This document shows positions 31,159 to 41,018 of a stretch of 64,000 bases of DNA, piece by piece. The position numbers and the translations under genes were made by a program. The notes below the pieces were generated by a model. The model searched no databases and was not told where the DNA came from. It saw only the letters and a program-made list of their open reading frames with translations. The first letter of the stretch is position 1. Every line of letters starts with the position of its first letter. Location of the stretch: positions 22,939 through 86,938 of the forward strand of contig JAKVAO010000001.1 in assembly GCA_022447685.1 (NCBI GenBank), written 5' to 3'. This stretch comes from Candidatus Caenarcanales bacterium. Lineage in GTDB: Bacteria > Cyanobacteriota > Vampirovibrionia > LMEP-6097.

Positions 31159-32343
31159 CTATTGTTCAGTCTTATCTGCAACAGTAATTTTTAGATCTAA
31201 ATTATCAGAAATATTATTCGTTGGGATAAACTCTTCTTTTATGATTTGAAGGCTCTCATTCCCTCTTAGAACCTTGTGTTGATCCAAGATACTTGCCTTA
31301 ATATTTTGTACTAATCTATGGTTATTGTAATCAATACCTTTCAGACTTATATAATGTGTAATTTCGTTAAATAGACCTTCTTTTATAAAGCTTGATGTTA
31401 GTTTGGGACCAGCTTCAAGTATGATTCTTGGATACTTCTTTAAATATTCTTGAAGTGAGTTAAATAAATTATCTTCTAGAATTACCTTGTCACCTGGACT
31501 TTTAGGCTTAAGCTTACTTACTTTTAACTCATTTATAGTTCTATTTTCAGCTTCTGTAAAAATATTTAGCTTCCTTCTCTCTTTTTCAGAAAAGTCTTGT
31601 GTTTTTTTGAGAATTAATAAATCTGGATTCTTAATATCATTTAGCTTTAGTTCAACTTTGCTATACCTAACATTTAAACTTGGGTTGTCCATCTTCACAG
31701 TGTTAATTCCTGTTATTAATAAATCATTTACTGACCTCAATCTATGAACTTCTTTACGAGAATTACTATTGGTTATCCATTGATCACTCACTTTGGTAAT
31801 CATAGAGCCATCTGCATAAGATGCGATTTTGATATTAATCCATGGAAGCTCTGACTCAAGTTTATGGAAAAAAACACGGTTTAAGTAATCACTTTCTATC
31901 TTAGTCTCTTGAGAAATTTTTTTAGGACCAATAATTTCGGTACCATTTTTTAGTAATTCTTTATAACTTGCTTCCCGAGCTGAATTCAAATCTGGATTAG
32001 GGTCTCTAGTACTAAATATAAGTCTTTTGAATTTATATTTCTTTATAAGATCTATACAGGGCGGTGTTTTCCCATGATGATTACATGGTTCTAAACTTAC
32101 ATATATATCTGACTCACTAAGAAGTTTTTCATAGTTACTTGGGTTTCTTGCTATAGCATCTTGAATTGCATTTACTTCTGCATGAGCTTCTCCAGATTTT
32201 CTATGAAATCCTTTACCAAGTATAAGATTGTTATGAACAATTACAGTACCAACAATTGGATTGGGAAAAGCTTGTGTTTCACCTAGCTTAGCTAACCTGA
32301 AGCATTCGTGGAGAAATTTTTCATCAAAATTACTTGGAGACAT
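31159..32343 (-). CDS. ribD: riboflavin biosynthesis deaminase/reductase
   Basis: PNPIVG, HAE, LEPCNHHGKTPPC, WIT...SR...HRLR, DNPSL, EAG. Confidence 0.92.
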   Translation of the reverse strand: MSPSNFDEKFLHECFRLAKLGETQAFPNPIVGTVIVHNNLILGKGFHRKSGEAHAEVNAIQDAIARNPSNYEKLLSESDIYVSLEPCNHHGKTPPCIDLIKKYKFKRLIFSTRDPNPDLNSAREASYKELLKNGTEIIGPKKISQETKIESDYLNRVFFHKLESELPWINIKIASYADGSMITKVSDQWITNSNSRKEVHRLRSVNDLLITGINTVKMDNPSLNVRYSKVELKLNDIKNPDLLILKKTQDFSEKERRKLNIFTEAENRTINELKVSKLKPKSPGDKVILEDNLFNSLQEYLKKYPRIILEAGPKLTSSFIKEGLFNEITHYISLKGIDYNNHRLVQNIKASILDQHKVLRGNESLQIIKEEFIPTNNISDNLDLKITVADKTEQ

Positions 32344-33175
32344 GTTTTAATTCTTCGTTCTGTTTATGCTTTGCTTTTTGCCAGAATTCTTGAAGCTCTG
32401 TTGGACTATGTTCTTTTAGGCTTGAGGAACCTGATTCCTTTACTATATCCATCATAATATCAAAACGGTTAGTAAATTTATTATTGGTTTTTCTTAAAGC
32501 TTCCTCTGGATCAATCTTGAACCATCTTGCAAGATTAACTACGGTAAAAAGAATGTCACCTAATTCTAGCTCTGCTGCATCTTTTTCTGATTTACTCAAT
32601 TCTTCTTTTGCAAAGCTTACTTCTTTGAACTCCTCTATCTCACTTTGAAGTTGTTCGTATAGTTTTCTCTCTTCATCCCATTCAAAACTCTCTCTAACTG
32701 CTTTCTTTGAGATTTTCCAAGCTCTTGCAAGTGAAGGTAATTCTTTCGGGATGCCTTCAAATATCGATTTTCTGTTTTTCTTTTCCTCTTTTTTGATTTT
32801 CTCCCAGTTATTATCTACTTCATCTGTGTTTTTTACACTTGCATCAGAGAATACGTGAGGATTTCTTCTAATCATCTTCTCGTTGATATAATCCACGACA
32901 TCTGAGAATTTAAATGCTCCTCTCTCTTCTGCAATTTCAGAATGAAGCATAACTTGTAATAAAACATCACCAAGTTCTTCTTTTAAAGTGTGGTTTGCAA
33001 TTTTCTGCTTTTCAGGATTAGCCTCCTCAACTTCATCTACTGCTTCTAAGCATTCATAAAGCTCCTCAAGCAGATATCTTTTGAGTGAACTATGAGTTTG
33101 TGTCTTAACCCAAGGGCAGCCTTTTTCTTGATTCCTAAGTGCTGCTACTGTATTTTTAAAATCTTCTATAGACAT
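32330..33175 (-). CDS. mazG: nucleoside triphosphate pyrophosphohydrolase MazG
   Basis: GCPW...QTH.SL, two EELGD/ELGD motifs, RRNPHVF, DPEEALR. Confidence 0.95.
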   Translation of the reverse strand: MSIEDFKNTVAALRNQEKGCPWVKTQTHSSLKRYLLEELYECLEAVDEVEEANPEKQKIANHTLKEELGDVLLQVMLHSEIAEERGAFKFSDVVDYINEKMIRRNPHVFSDASVKNTDEVDNNWEKIKKEEKKNRKSIFEGIPKELPSLARAWKISKKAVRESFEWDEERKLYEQLQSEIEEFKEVSFAKEELSKSEKDAAELELGDILFTVVNLARWFKIDPEEALRKTNNKFTNRFDIMMDIVKESGSSSLKEHSPTELQEFWQKAKHKQNEELKHVSK

Positions 33176-33216
33176 CAGTTATATATGGTAAAACAATAAA
33201 GTTCAACAAATCAACT

Positions 33217-33753
33217 TTAGTTGATCATAAAGCCTATAAAAACAAGAATTATAGTTGTTATTACTAAACAGGTTATTTTATTTCTGATTATGAAATTAAA
33301 CATCCACATAAAAGGCTCGAATAGCATTTGAAAAAAGCTTTTATTAACTTGAACTTTTTCGGGTTTGTTCCTGTCACCATAGTGATCCTTGAATGACTCA
33401 TTGTCGATTAGTATGATTTTCTTTCTGATTCTTAATAAATCTTCTATGCACATTTCAAGCGCTGGCAGGGTTTTGAATAATTTACCTTGATTCTCTTCGT
33501 AAGAAGCTTCATAGGCACAAAAATCTTCAGGGGTTAAGCCATAAGTTACTTTGGGTTTATCACCAATATTGAAAATGATATAGTCGATTAACTCATAATC
33601 TTTTACCAAAGTATCCCTCATTGTTTCTAATAAATCTTGATTGCTGACGATTTTAGACATTGTTGGGTGTTTAGATTCTAAGAGAAGTTTCTTGTATTCC
33701 TTAGTACTCTCCCTAAGTTTGTTAACAAGATCAAGAGCTTCCTCTTTTTCCAT
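33217..33753 (-). CDS. hypothetical protein with C-terminal membrane anchor
   Basis: 178-aa ORF ending in a hydrophobic helix. Confidence 0.65.
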   Translation of the reverse strand: MEKEEALDLVNKLRESTKEYKKLLLESKHPTMSKIVSNQDLLETMRDTLVKDYELIDYIIFNIGDKPKVTYGLTPEDFCAYEASYEENQGKLFKTLPALEMCIEDLLRIRKKIILIDNESFKDHYGDRNKPEKVQVNKSFFQMLFEPFMWMFNFIIRNKITCLVITTIILVFIGFMIN

Positions 33754-34062
33754 ATTATCTTACCTTTTTCTGAGCTTAATATATATAATCCCAGTTTTTT
33801 GGAGATTTGAAGATTAAAAAAAATAAATTTTGAGTGAGGGTTTTGATCGGTAAAATAATATTTTTCTAACACAAATATTAACTAAAAATTAAAATGCACA
33901 ATTGCGTTAATAAAGGATCAACATTTAGGTATATATTATCTATAGATTAGTGAGAATAAAGTGATATACATATCTCTGTCTGTAAATTAATAGTAGTGCT
34001 TTTACCAATCCTTAATCTGGGTATGCAATTACTAGGAATATATCGAAGAGAGGATAAGTGCA

Positions 34063-34740
34063 TTGGGTGGACCTTTAAATAATTCGTATAATAAAATACC
34101 TCCGCAGTTAAGTAGAGTTGAGACTACTAGTTTAAATGAAACGGGTCTAAATAATTCTACTGCTACTGGTATTACTGATGAACAGAAAGATAATATCGCC
34201 TTCGTTGCAAAGCAGGCACTGGGTGAAACTGATAAAAACCCTAATCCTCAAGCTTTGAAAGCAATGAAAGATTTGGGGCTCACAACTAAATCTCAAGTTA
34301 GAGAGCTTACTAATCCTGACAAGATTACAGACAAGACAATCACCCCTGGGCAGGCAGCAACAATAAGTAATGTTGCGACAAGTATAAAAACTAATCTTAA
34401 AGAAATAGAAAATGAAACAACAATAGCTAAAGCAGAACCACCTGAAGCTAAAGTTTCAGATGCAATAATTGTTGGTAATAATAAAGTAGAATCTAATAAT
34501 GCATGGGGGGCTTTCGGGGTTGAAGTTGTAGCAGATGCAGGGGCTTTCTCTGAGGTTTCTGGAGAGATTAACCCTGAAACCATAGGTCAAACTTCAGCAT
34601 CAAATATAAATGGTATTGAAATTGCAAACGCTAAAGGAAATTTACAAGCTTTAGGTTTTACTCCCGTTACTGATAAGGCAGAAGTAAATAGTATTAGCGG
34701 AGCACTTATAGGAATTGCTGGAGAGGGAGAAGTAAGCTAA
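34063..34740 (+). CDS. hypothetical Thr/Asn/Ala-rich protein
   Basis: 225-aa ORF, TTG start after GAGGA. Confidence 0.6.
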   Translation: MGGPLNNSYNKIPPQLSRVETTSLNETGLNNSTATGITDEQKDNIAFVAKQALGETDKNPNPQALKAMKDLGLTTKSQVRELTNPDKITDKTITPGQAATISNVATSIKTNLKEIENETTIAKAEPPEAKVSDAIIVGNNKVESNNAWGAFGVEVVADAGAFSEVSGEINPETIGQTSASNINGIEIANAKGNLQALGFTPVTDKAEVNSISGALIGIAGEGEVS

Positions 34741-34756
34741 GCTTAAATAAGTAGGG

Positions 34757-35308
34757 ATGGACCTTAGAGATCAAGCTAGAATTTTAGATATCAAAGAGGG
34801 ATTAGACAAAGGGAAATTTAAACTTTTTTGTCAAGTCGATGATAGTGGAGAAAACAGTAGCTATGTTATTGTTGACCCTAGTTTTGAAGCTAAAGGCAAG
34901 GTTCTACTTGCACTAGATTTAGTTTATGGTGTTTTGAAACCAAGCTTTTTGGATGGAGCAGAAGATATTGAGCTGCGTGAGAATAAGTATTTTCAGCAGA
35001 GTTTAGAGTTTACCAATGCAAACCAACTGAAAGATCAACTTTTGGATAGGAATGGAGAAGGCTTTTTCTTTGATCCAACAATGATAGATTTACCTTCTGA
35101 TTTTGATCCTGAATTTTACAATTCTGCTGGTTCTGTTGTATTTACCTTAGAAGGGCAAATGTATAATCATGATGTTCACCTAATCCAGAGATTAAAAGAT
35201 GGCAAGCTGAAAATTTGTAAAGAAAATGGTGAATCAGCTCATGGTGAATTTATTCTTTTCCTTGAAATTTCAGGTTTTCACGTACCTGATAATCTCTTCT
35301 ATCACTAA
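34757..35308 (+). CDS. hypothetical acidic protein
   Basis: 183-aa ORF, no motif recognised. Confidence 0.6.
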   Translation: MDLRDQARILDIKEGLDKGKFKLFCQVDDSGENSSYVIVDPSFEAKGKVLLALDLVYGVLKPSFLDGAEDIELRENKYFQQSLEFTNANQLKDQLLDRNGEGFFFDPTMIDLPSDFDPEFYNSAGSVVFTLEGQMYNHDVHLIQRLKDGKLKICKENGESAHGEFILFLEISGFHVPDNLFYH

Positions 35309-35326
35309 TGCTATCCTTATTATTTA

Positions 35327-35914
35327 ATGAAAAAAATATGCTTGCTAAGCTTTGTGTTGTTTTTCTTGCTATCTTGTTCTAATAACGAGATAGCTCTAAA
35401 TCCTAGTGAGAATAAGGCTTTAAGTTCAGCTTCTAAAGCTCATATCGCTATGCAAGATTTAAGTTACGAGGAGCTTAGTTCAGAAGATAGAGAATTGCTT
35501 GATCACGCCAAAGATGCTATGTCTAAGTCATATTCTCCCTACTCTCATTTTCATGTTGGTTCAGCTTTAAGATCATTTGACGGTGAAATTATTACAGGAT
35601 CCAATGTTGAGAACGCAGCTTATGGTCCTAGTAAATGTGCTGAGCAAGTGGCATTAACTAGAGCTAATATGATGGGACAAGCCAAGATTAAGACTATAGC
35701 TATCATTGGTAAAGGTGAAGATTTTGAGACTGAAGAAGTTGTAGCACCATGTGGGGTTTGCCGCCAGGTTATCTATGAATTTGCTCAGAGGTCTGATACT
35801 GATATTAAGATCATTATGTCGAATTCCAGGCGTGACAAAATTATTGTTTCCACCATCAGTGAGTTATTGCCACTTGCTTTTGGTCCTAAAGATTTAGGGA
35901 TTAATGTTGAATGA
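35327..35914 (+). CDS. cdd: cytidine deaminase with N-terminal lipoprotein signal
   Basis: YSPYSHFHVG, GSNVENAAY...CAE, PCGVCRQ, LLPLAF; preceded by MKK-hydrophobic-LLS-C. Confidence 0.9.
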   Translation: MKKICLLSFVLFFLLSCSNNEIALNPSENKALSSASKAHIAMQDLSYEELSSEDRELLDHAKDAMSKSYSPYSHFHVGSALRSFDGEIITGSNVENAAYGPSKCAEQVALTRANMMGQAKIKTIAIIGKGEDFETEEVVAPCGVCRQVIYEFAQRSDTDIKIIMSNSRRDKIIVSTISELLPLAFGPKDLGINVE

Positions 35915-37146
35915 AGATTCTTCACAGTTCTGATTGGCATATTGGAAAGTATCTCTGTGAAAGAAAGAGATACGATGAATTTGAAGCTTTTTTTGACTGG
36001 TTATTAAAAGAGATTGAAATACTTGAAATAGACGTGCTTCTTGTTGCTGGAGATATTTTTGATACTGCTGCCCCTAATAATAGGGCTCAACAGATTTACT
36101 ATAGTTTCCTTTCTAATTTAGTTAAATCCAAGTGCAGGCACGTAGTTATTATTTCTGGTAATCATGATTCCCCTTCCTTCATCAGCGCTCCACAGAATAT
36201 TCTCAAATCTTTAGATATACATTTAGTTGGAACTGTAACTGGAAACTATGAAGATGAACTAGTTGAAATTAAAGACAAAAATGGTGATGTCGAGTTATTG
36301 GTTTGTGCTGTGCCTTATTTGCGAGACAAAGATGTTCGTAAGTCTCAAGCTGGAGAGAGTATTGAAGAGAAATCTGAAAAGCTGGTAGCTGGAATTAAAG
36401 AGCATTACCGTGAAGTGATGAATGTCGCTTTAGCTAGAAGGAAAGAGCTTAATTCAGATAGATATATCCCTATTCTTGGGATGGGACACTTGTTTACGGC
36501 AGGTGCAAGTCCTGGAGAGGGAGTTCGGGATCTTTATGTTGGTTCTTTAGGCTATGTAAGTGCAGACACTTTTCCTTCGGAATTAGATTACGTTGCTCTT
36601 GGGCATTTGCATATTGCCCAGAAAGTTGGGGGAGATGATCGTATCAGATATTGTGGTTCACCTATTCCTATGGGCTTTGGGGAAGCTAAGCAGGTTAAAA
36701 AATTAATTAGTTTAGAGTTTGATGCCAACTCCAATCATCCTAAAATCAGTGAGATACCGATACCTAGTTTTCAGTCTCTAGAGAAAATTTCTGGTGATGA
36801 AAAGCTTATAGAAACTAGAGTTCAGGATTTAATTAGCTCGAAGAGTAGTGCTTGGCTCGAAATTGAGTATGATGGACTTTTGGATGCACAGAATTTTAGA
36901 GAGAGAATTATTGAAATTTTGGCTGAAACTGATTTGGAGCTTCTTAGGTTTAAAAATAAAAAAGTGGTGAATCATTATCTTACCGCTAGTGTTCATGAAG
37001 AGAAATTGGAGGACCTTAGTCCTATAGATGTTTTCAATCGTTGTCTAGAGGATAATGAGGTTGATTCAAATGATAAAGATTTGTTACTTGTCAGTTACTC
37101 AGAGATTCTAAAATCAATCCAGGAGGAGGATCTAAAAGCAGAGTGA
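35911..37146 (+). CDS. sbcD: exonuclease SbcCD subunit D
   Basis: SDWHIG, AGDIFD, GNHD, ALGHLH, RYCGSP. Confidence 0.96.
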   Translation: MKILHSSDWHIGKYLCERKRYDEFEAFFDWLLKEIEILEIDVLLVAGDIFDTAAPNNRAQQIYYSFLSNLVKSKCRHVVIISGNHDSPSFISAPQNILKSLDIHLVGTVTGNYEDELVEIKDKNGDVELLVCAVPYLRDKDVRKSQAGESIEEKSEKLVAGIKEHYREVMNVALARRKELNSDRYIPILGMGHLFTAGASPGEGVRDLYVGSLGYVSADTFPSELDYVALGHLHIAQKVGGDDRIRYCGSPIPMGFGEAKQVKKLISLEFDANSNHPKISEIPIPSFQSLEKISGDEKLIETRVQDLISSKSSAWLEIEYDGLLDAQNFRERIIEILAETDLELLRFKNKKVVNHYLTASVHEEKLEDLSPIDVFNRCLEDNEVDSNDKDLLLVSYSEILKSIQEEDLKAE

Positions 37147-40100
37147 AGATACTAGAGTTACGTTTCCAGAATTTAAATTCTCTTCATGGTGAATGGATGA
37201 TTGATTTTCGTGATGATGCTTTTCTTGAAAATGGTATTTTTGCGATTACTGGAGCTACAGGTGCTGGTAAAACTACTATACTCGATGCGATTACTTTAGC
37301 TTTGTTTGGTGCAACAGCGCGCCTAGGTAAAATTACAGAAACTAGCAATGAAATTATGTCCAGGCATACTGGTGAGTGTTTTGCAGAGATTAGTTTTGAA
37401 ACAAAACAAGGCAGCTTTAGAGTTACATGGAGTCAGAGAAGATCCCGTAAACAAGCTGAGGGTAAGTTACAGACTCCCAAGCATGAGATTGTAAATGCTT
37501 TAACAGGTGAAATTATTGCCTCAACCAAACTTAGAGAAGTTGAAAAAGCTGTTGAGGATAGGCTTGGAATGAACTTTAAGCAATTCACTCGCTCTATTTT
37601 ACTTGCCCAAGGGAGTTTTGCAGCTTTTTTGCAAGCAAGTCCAGATGAAAGGGCTCCTATACTGGAGCAAATAACTGGTACCGAAATCTATACACAGATA
37701 TCGCTCAAAGTGCATGAAAGAAGAAATGAGGAAAAGAGTAAATTACTTTCTTTAGAAGACCAAGTTTCCAATATTAAGATTTTGACTGAAGATGAGCAGT
37801 TGGCGATGCAAAATTTATATTCTGAGAAAGAGAGTCTGAAAGACGCTATATATCAGCAGCATAAAGATATGCAGACTGAGCTTTCTAAGCTTAAGAATGA
37901 GGAAGCCTGGTTAAGAGAAAAGAATAAACTTGAAACTAACTTGATTAACTTAAATAAATCTCTTGCTGAAAATGCTTTGGAGCTTGATTCTGCTAAACAA
38001 AAACAAGTTAGTTTTGACTCGGCTTATAAGATTTTCTCTGAGTCTAAGAAAGGGAGGCTCACTTCAATTCAAAAGCTAAGAGAATTAAATTTTAAAATTT
38101 TTGAAGAAGAAAAGGTTCTTGCTAAATCTAGGTTAGATTTGAATAATATTAAACAAGATCAGCAGAATTTAAAGCAAGAAAAAACTCAGATTGAGAAATT
38201 CATAGCGACTTCTTCTAGCAAATTTGAAGAATTCAATAGTTACTTTGCAAAATCTCTTGATTTGAAAACTATTGAGGCTAATATTAGTAGTCTTGAAGCT
38301 TTAGCTAAAGCAAGCTGTAAGCTGGAGCAGGAACTGGATAAAGAGATTAAGTATAAAGAAAGTCTAGAAACCAAGCTAATACAGGCTCGCAAAGAATTTA
38401 AGCAATTAGATCAAGACTCTAAGACTTATGAAGAGAAAAAAGCAAGTTATATAGAGAAGATCTCTGGCTTAGAGAAGAAAATTAATGATTTGCTGCAAGG
38501 CTTTAACCTAGAAGCATTTAGAGAACGAATCGAACTATACTCTCTGATGCTTGAATTAAAACAGCTAGAGAAAAGCAAGTGCTCAAGCTTAGAGTCTTTA
38601 GATTTATTTGCTAAGGATCTGAAAATTTATGCTGAGAAGAAAGAACTATTAGAAGCATTGTGTAAGGAACTGGAGAAGAACCGAGAACAGGAGCTTAAAA
38701 TACTCAACCTAGAGGAAGAGAGAAAGAAATTACTAGCAGGTGAGGCTTGCCCACTATGTGGTTCTCTTGAGCATCCTTTCGTAGAGTCTAATACGGAGTT
38801 TGAAGATTCAAGTTCAGAGCTTTCTATCAAGAAACAAGATTTGGCTGAGCTTTTGGAGAAGCAGAAGCAAATATTATTGGAGACCGCTGCGCTAGAAAAA
38901 GAAATAGAAGTCTTCAATAATAATATTGAGCAGCTCACCGAAAAACTAGAGAACCTGTCACTAGTAAATGATTTACTTGAAAATCTTAAGAATCAATCAG
39001 TTAAGCATCTTGAAGATGATTTACTCGATATGAAAAATAAACTTAAACAGATTGAAAGTTTTGACTTAGATCTAAATTCTTCAAATAAATTGCTAAGGGA
39101 GCTTGACTTAAAATTTGCAAGTTCAGCTGAGCAAAGAAATAGAATCAAAGAAAATGGTTTGAAACTCAAGTCTGAGTCTGAGCTTTTAGGAAAACGCTTG
39201 GTGGATTCTAAAGAAGAACTTAAAAATACAGAACTAGAGTTTGTGAACACACTTAAGCTCATAGATGCTTCTCTAGAGATCGATGAAAATATTTCTCGGA
39301 CTTTTCAGGCTTTGAAATGTAACTATGTAAGCTTGAAAGAGAAGAAATTAGAAGCTGAACAGCTTCAATTAAGTATTAAAGAAGCAGACTTGAAAGTTTC
39401 ATCTATAGATAAATCCCTAGGCTTTACACTAGAAAAGCTGCAAGCTCAAGAGTCTGCCTTGAATCTGTCTTTAAAACAATTAGAAGAATTAACTTCTCAT
39501 AGAAAAAGTGAATTCTCTGAAAGTTCCCCAGAGGCTTTGGAAGCAGCTTTGGAGCAGGAAGACTTAGCTTTGCAAAGACAAGAAAAAGATCTTATTCAAA
39601 AAATTAATGAACTTGAGAATCAAAGATCTTTAGTTAAGCTTGAAATAGATAACATAAGCAACCGTATTAAAGAATTAGAATCTGAACTGGAATCTGCTAA
39701 GTTTATATACCTAAATGAATTAGAGCAAGCAATAGCTGACTTGAGTCATAACCTTGAAGTTAAATTTAATGAGCTTAGTGAATTGAATCAAGAGCTTGGA
39801 ATAATCAAAGAAAAACTGGAATCTAATGCTCAAGCCAAAAAAAACTTTGCTGAAAAAATTCAGCAGCTTAATATGCAGAAAAAAGAACTCGAAAGATTTA
39901 ATTTATTGCATGAACTTATAGGTTCTTCAGATGGTAAGAAGTTTAGGAATTTTGCTCAGGGTTTAAGCTTTGAGATTATGATAAATCAAGCAAATAGACA
40001 GCTAGAGAAGATGACAGATAGATATTTGTTGATTAGAGATGAAAAAAACAATTTAGCATTAAATATTCTCGATAATTATCAGGCTGGAGAAATTCGTTCT

Positions 40101-40418
40101 ACTAAGAATCTGTCTGGTGGTGAAAGCTTCATTGTCAGTTTGGCCCTAGCGCTTGGCTTATCTAAGATGGCGAGTAACAATATTCAGGTTGATTCATTGT
40201 TTTTGGATGAAGGCTTTGGTACCTTGGATGAAGAGGCTTTGGAAACTGCAATTTCTGTTTTATCTGGCTTGAAAGAAGATGGTAAGTTGATTGGAGTTAT
40301 TTCCCATATCCCTGCACTTAAAGAACGAATTCCCACTCAGATTCATATCGAAGCTTCTAGTCTGGGTAGAAGTTCCATTCATGGCGCTGGAGTTAAAAAA
40401 ACTGTTGTATGCACTTAG
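37143..40418 (+). CDS. sbcC: exonuclease SbcCD subunit C
   Basis: GATGAGKTT, LAQG Q-loop, coiled coils with CPLCGS zinc hook, LSGGE, LFLDEGFGTLD, ISH. Confidence 0.96.
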   Translation: MKILELRFQNLNSLHGEWMIDFRDDAFLENGIFAITGATGAGKTTILDAITLALFGATARLGKITETSNEIMSRHTGECFAEISFETKQGSFRVTWSQRRSRKQAEGKLQTPKHEIVNALTGEIIASTKLREVEKAVEDRLGMNFKQFTRSILLAQGSFAAFLQASPDERAPILEQITGTEIYTQISLKVHERRNEEKSKLLSLEDQVSNIKILTEDEQLAMQNLYSEKESLKDAIYQQHKDMQTELSKLKNEEAWLREKNKLETNLINLNKSLAENALELDSAKQKQVSFDSAYKIFSESKKGRLTSIQKLRELNFKIFEEEKVLAKSRLDLNNIKQDQQNLKQEKTQIEKFIATSSSKFEEFNSYFAKSLDLKTIEANISSLEALAKASCKLEQELDKEIKYKESLETKLIQARKEFKQLDQDSKTYEEKKASYIEKISGLEKKINDLLQGFNLEAFRERIELYSLMLELKQLEKSKCSSLESLDLFAKDLKIYAEKKELLEALCKELEKNREQELKILNLEEERKKLLAGEACPLCGSLEHPFVESNTEFEDSSSELSIKKQDLAELLEKQKQILLETAALEKEIEVFNNNIEQLTEKLENLSLVNDLLENLKNQSVKHLEDDLLDMKNKLKQIESFDLDLNSSNKLLRELDLKFASSAEQRNRIKENGLKLKSESELLGKRLVDSKEELKNTELEFVNTLKLIDASLEIDENISRTFQALKCNYVSLKEKKLEAEQLQLSIKEADLKVSSIDKSLGFTLEKLQAQESALNLSLKQLEELTSHRKSEFSESSPEALEAALEQEDLALQRQEKDLIQKINELENQRSLVKLEIDNISNRIKELESELESAKFIYLNELEQAIADLSHNLEVKFNELSELNQELGIIKEKLESNAQAKKNFAEKIQQLNMQKKELERFNLLHELIGSSDGKKFRNFAQGLSFEIMINQANRQLEKMTDRYLLIRDEKNNLALNILDNYQAGEIRSTKNLSGGESFIVSLALALGLSKMASNNIQVDSLFLDEGFGTLDEEALETAISVLSGLKEDGKLIGVISHIPALKERIPTQIHIEASSLGRSSIHGAGVKKTVVCT

Positions 40419-40509
40419 GACCCGCTGAAAAATATCCAATACTGCTACTGTTTCTGATTTATATACAATTTATAAATTGATTTTTCTTTGCTTTGGGTAA
40501 TATTTAAAT

Positions 40510-40761
40510 ATGTCATCTAAAAGCTTAAAGAAAATCAGAGCTTTAAAAAAAGAGCAAATCAATAAAATTATTAAATTTGCGTGGCAAGATAAAATTAGCT
40601 TCGAAGAAATTGAAGAAACCACTGGACTCAATGAAGCTGAAGTTATTATTGTTATGAGACGTGAACTTAAAGCAGGGAGCTTCAGACTCTGGCGTAAACG
40701 TGTCTCTGGTAGGCTTACTAAGCATAAAAAGCTTGAAAAATATAAGTTGGATTTAGAGTAA
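40510..40761 (+). CDS. TIGR03643/DUF2805-like small protein
   Basis: AWQDKISFEEI...GLNEAEVI.VMRRELK..SFRLWRKRVSGR.TKH matches the family pattern as recalled. Confidence 0.75.
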   Translation: MSSKSLKKIRALKKEQINKIIKFAWQDKISFEEIEETTGLNEAEVIIVMRRELKAGSFRLWRKRVSGRLTKHKKLEKYKLDLE

Positions 40762-40785
40762 AAAACTTTTTAAGAATAAAGATTA

Positions 40786-40913
40786 AGCAAAGAGAGTCTC
40801 ATGAATGGGAGAGATTAGAGATAGAGAAGAGACTCTCTTTGCTGGTAATTTGAAAGCTCAATCTAGTGTTTTAGGAAGCACATTGGGAGATTGATTAGAC
40901 TAGTTTGAGCTTT
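40786..40913. ncRNA. candidate twin-hairpin small RNA (or bidirectional terminator pair)
   Basis: 15-bp perfect stem 40786-40800/40829-40843 and 14/15-bp stem 40853-40867/40899-40913; both large loops contain TGGGAGA...GATTAG. Confidence 0.5.
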
Positions 40914-40915
40914 TT

Positions 40916-40934
40916 CTTAACCTCATCTTAACCT
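40916..40934 (+). promoter_or_regulatory. OmpR/PhoB-type tandem repeat (cyanobacterial pho-box-like)
   Basis: CTTAACCT-CAT-CTTAACCT, exact 8-mer direct repeat at 11-bp period. Confidence 0.5.
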
Positions 40935-41018
40935 TATGACTATATAAGGCAGGCTTGAGAATTTTTTGACAAAGAATTTGAAATTTTTTTGATTTTTTTC
41001 TTTGCAGAAAATAATTGA

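Noticed and set aside
37800..39900. Repetitive-looking Glu/Lys/Leu-rich sequence
   Set aside because: Normal SbcC coiled coil
40415..40435. TTAGGACCCGCTGAAAAA resembling the end of an IS or palindromic element
   Set aside because: No matching right end or internal motifs found
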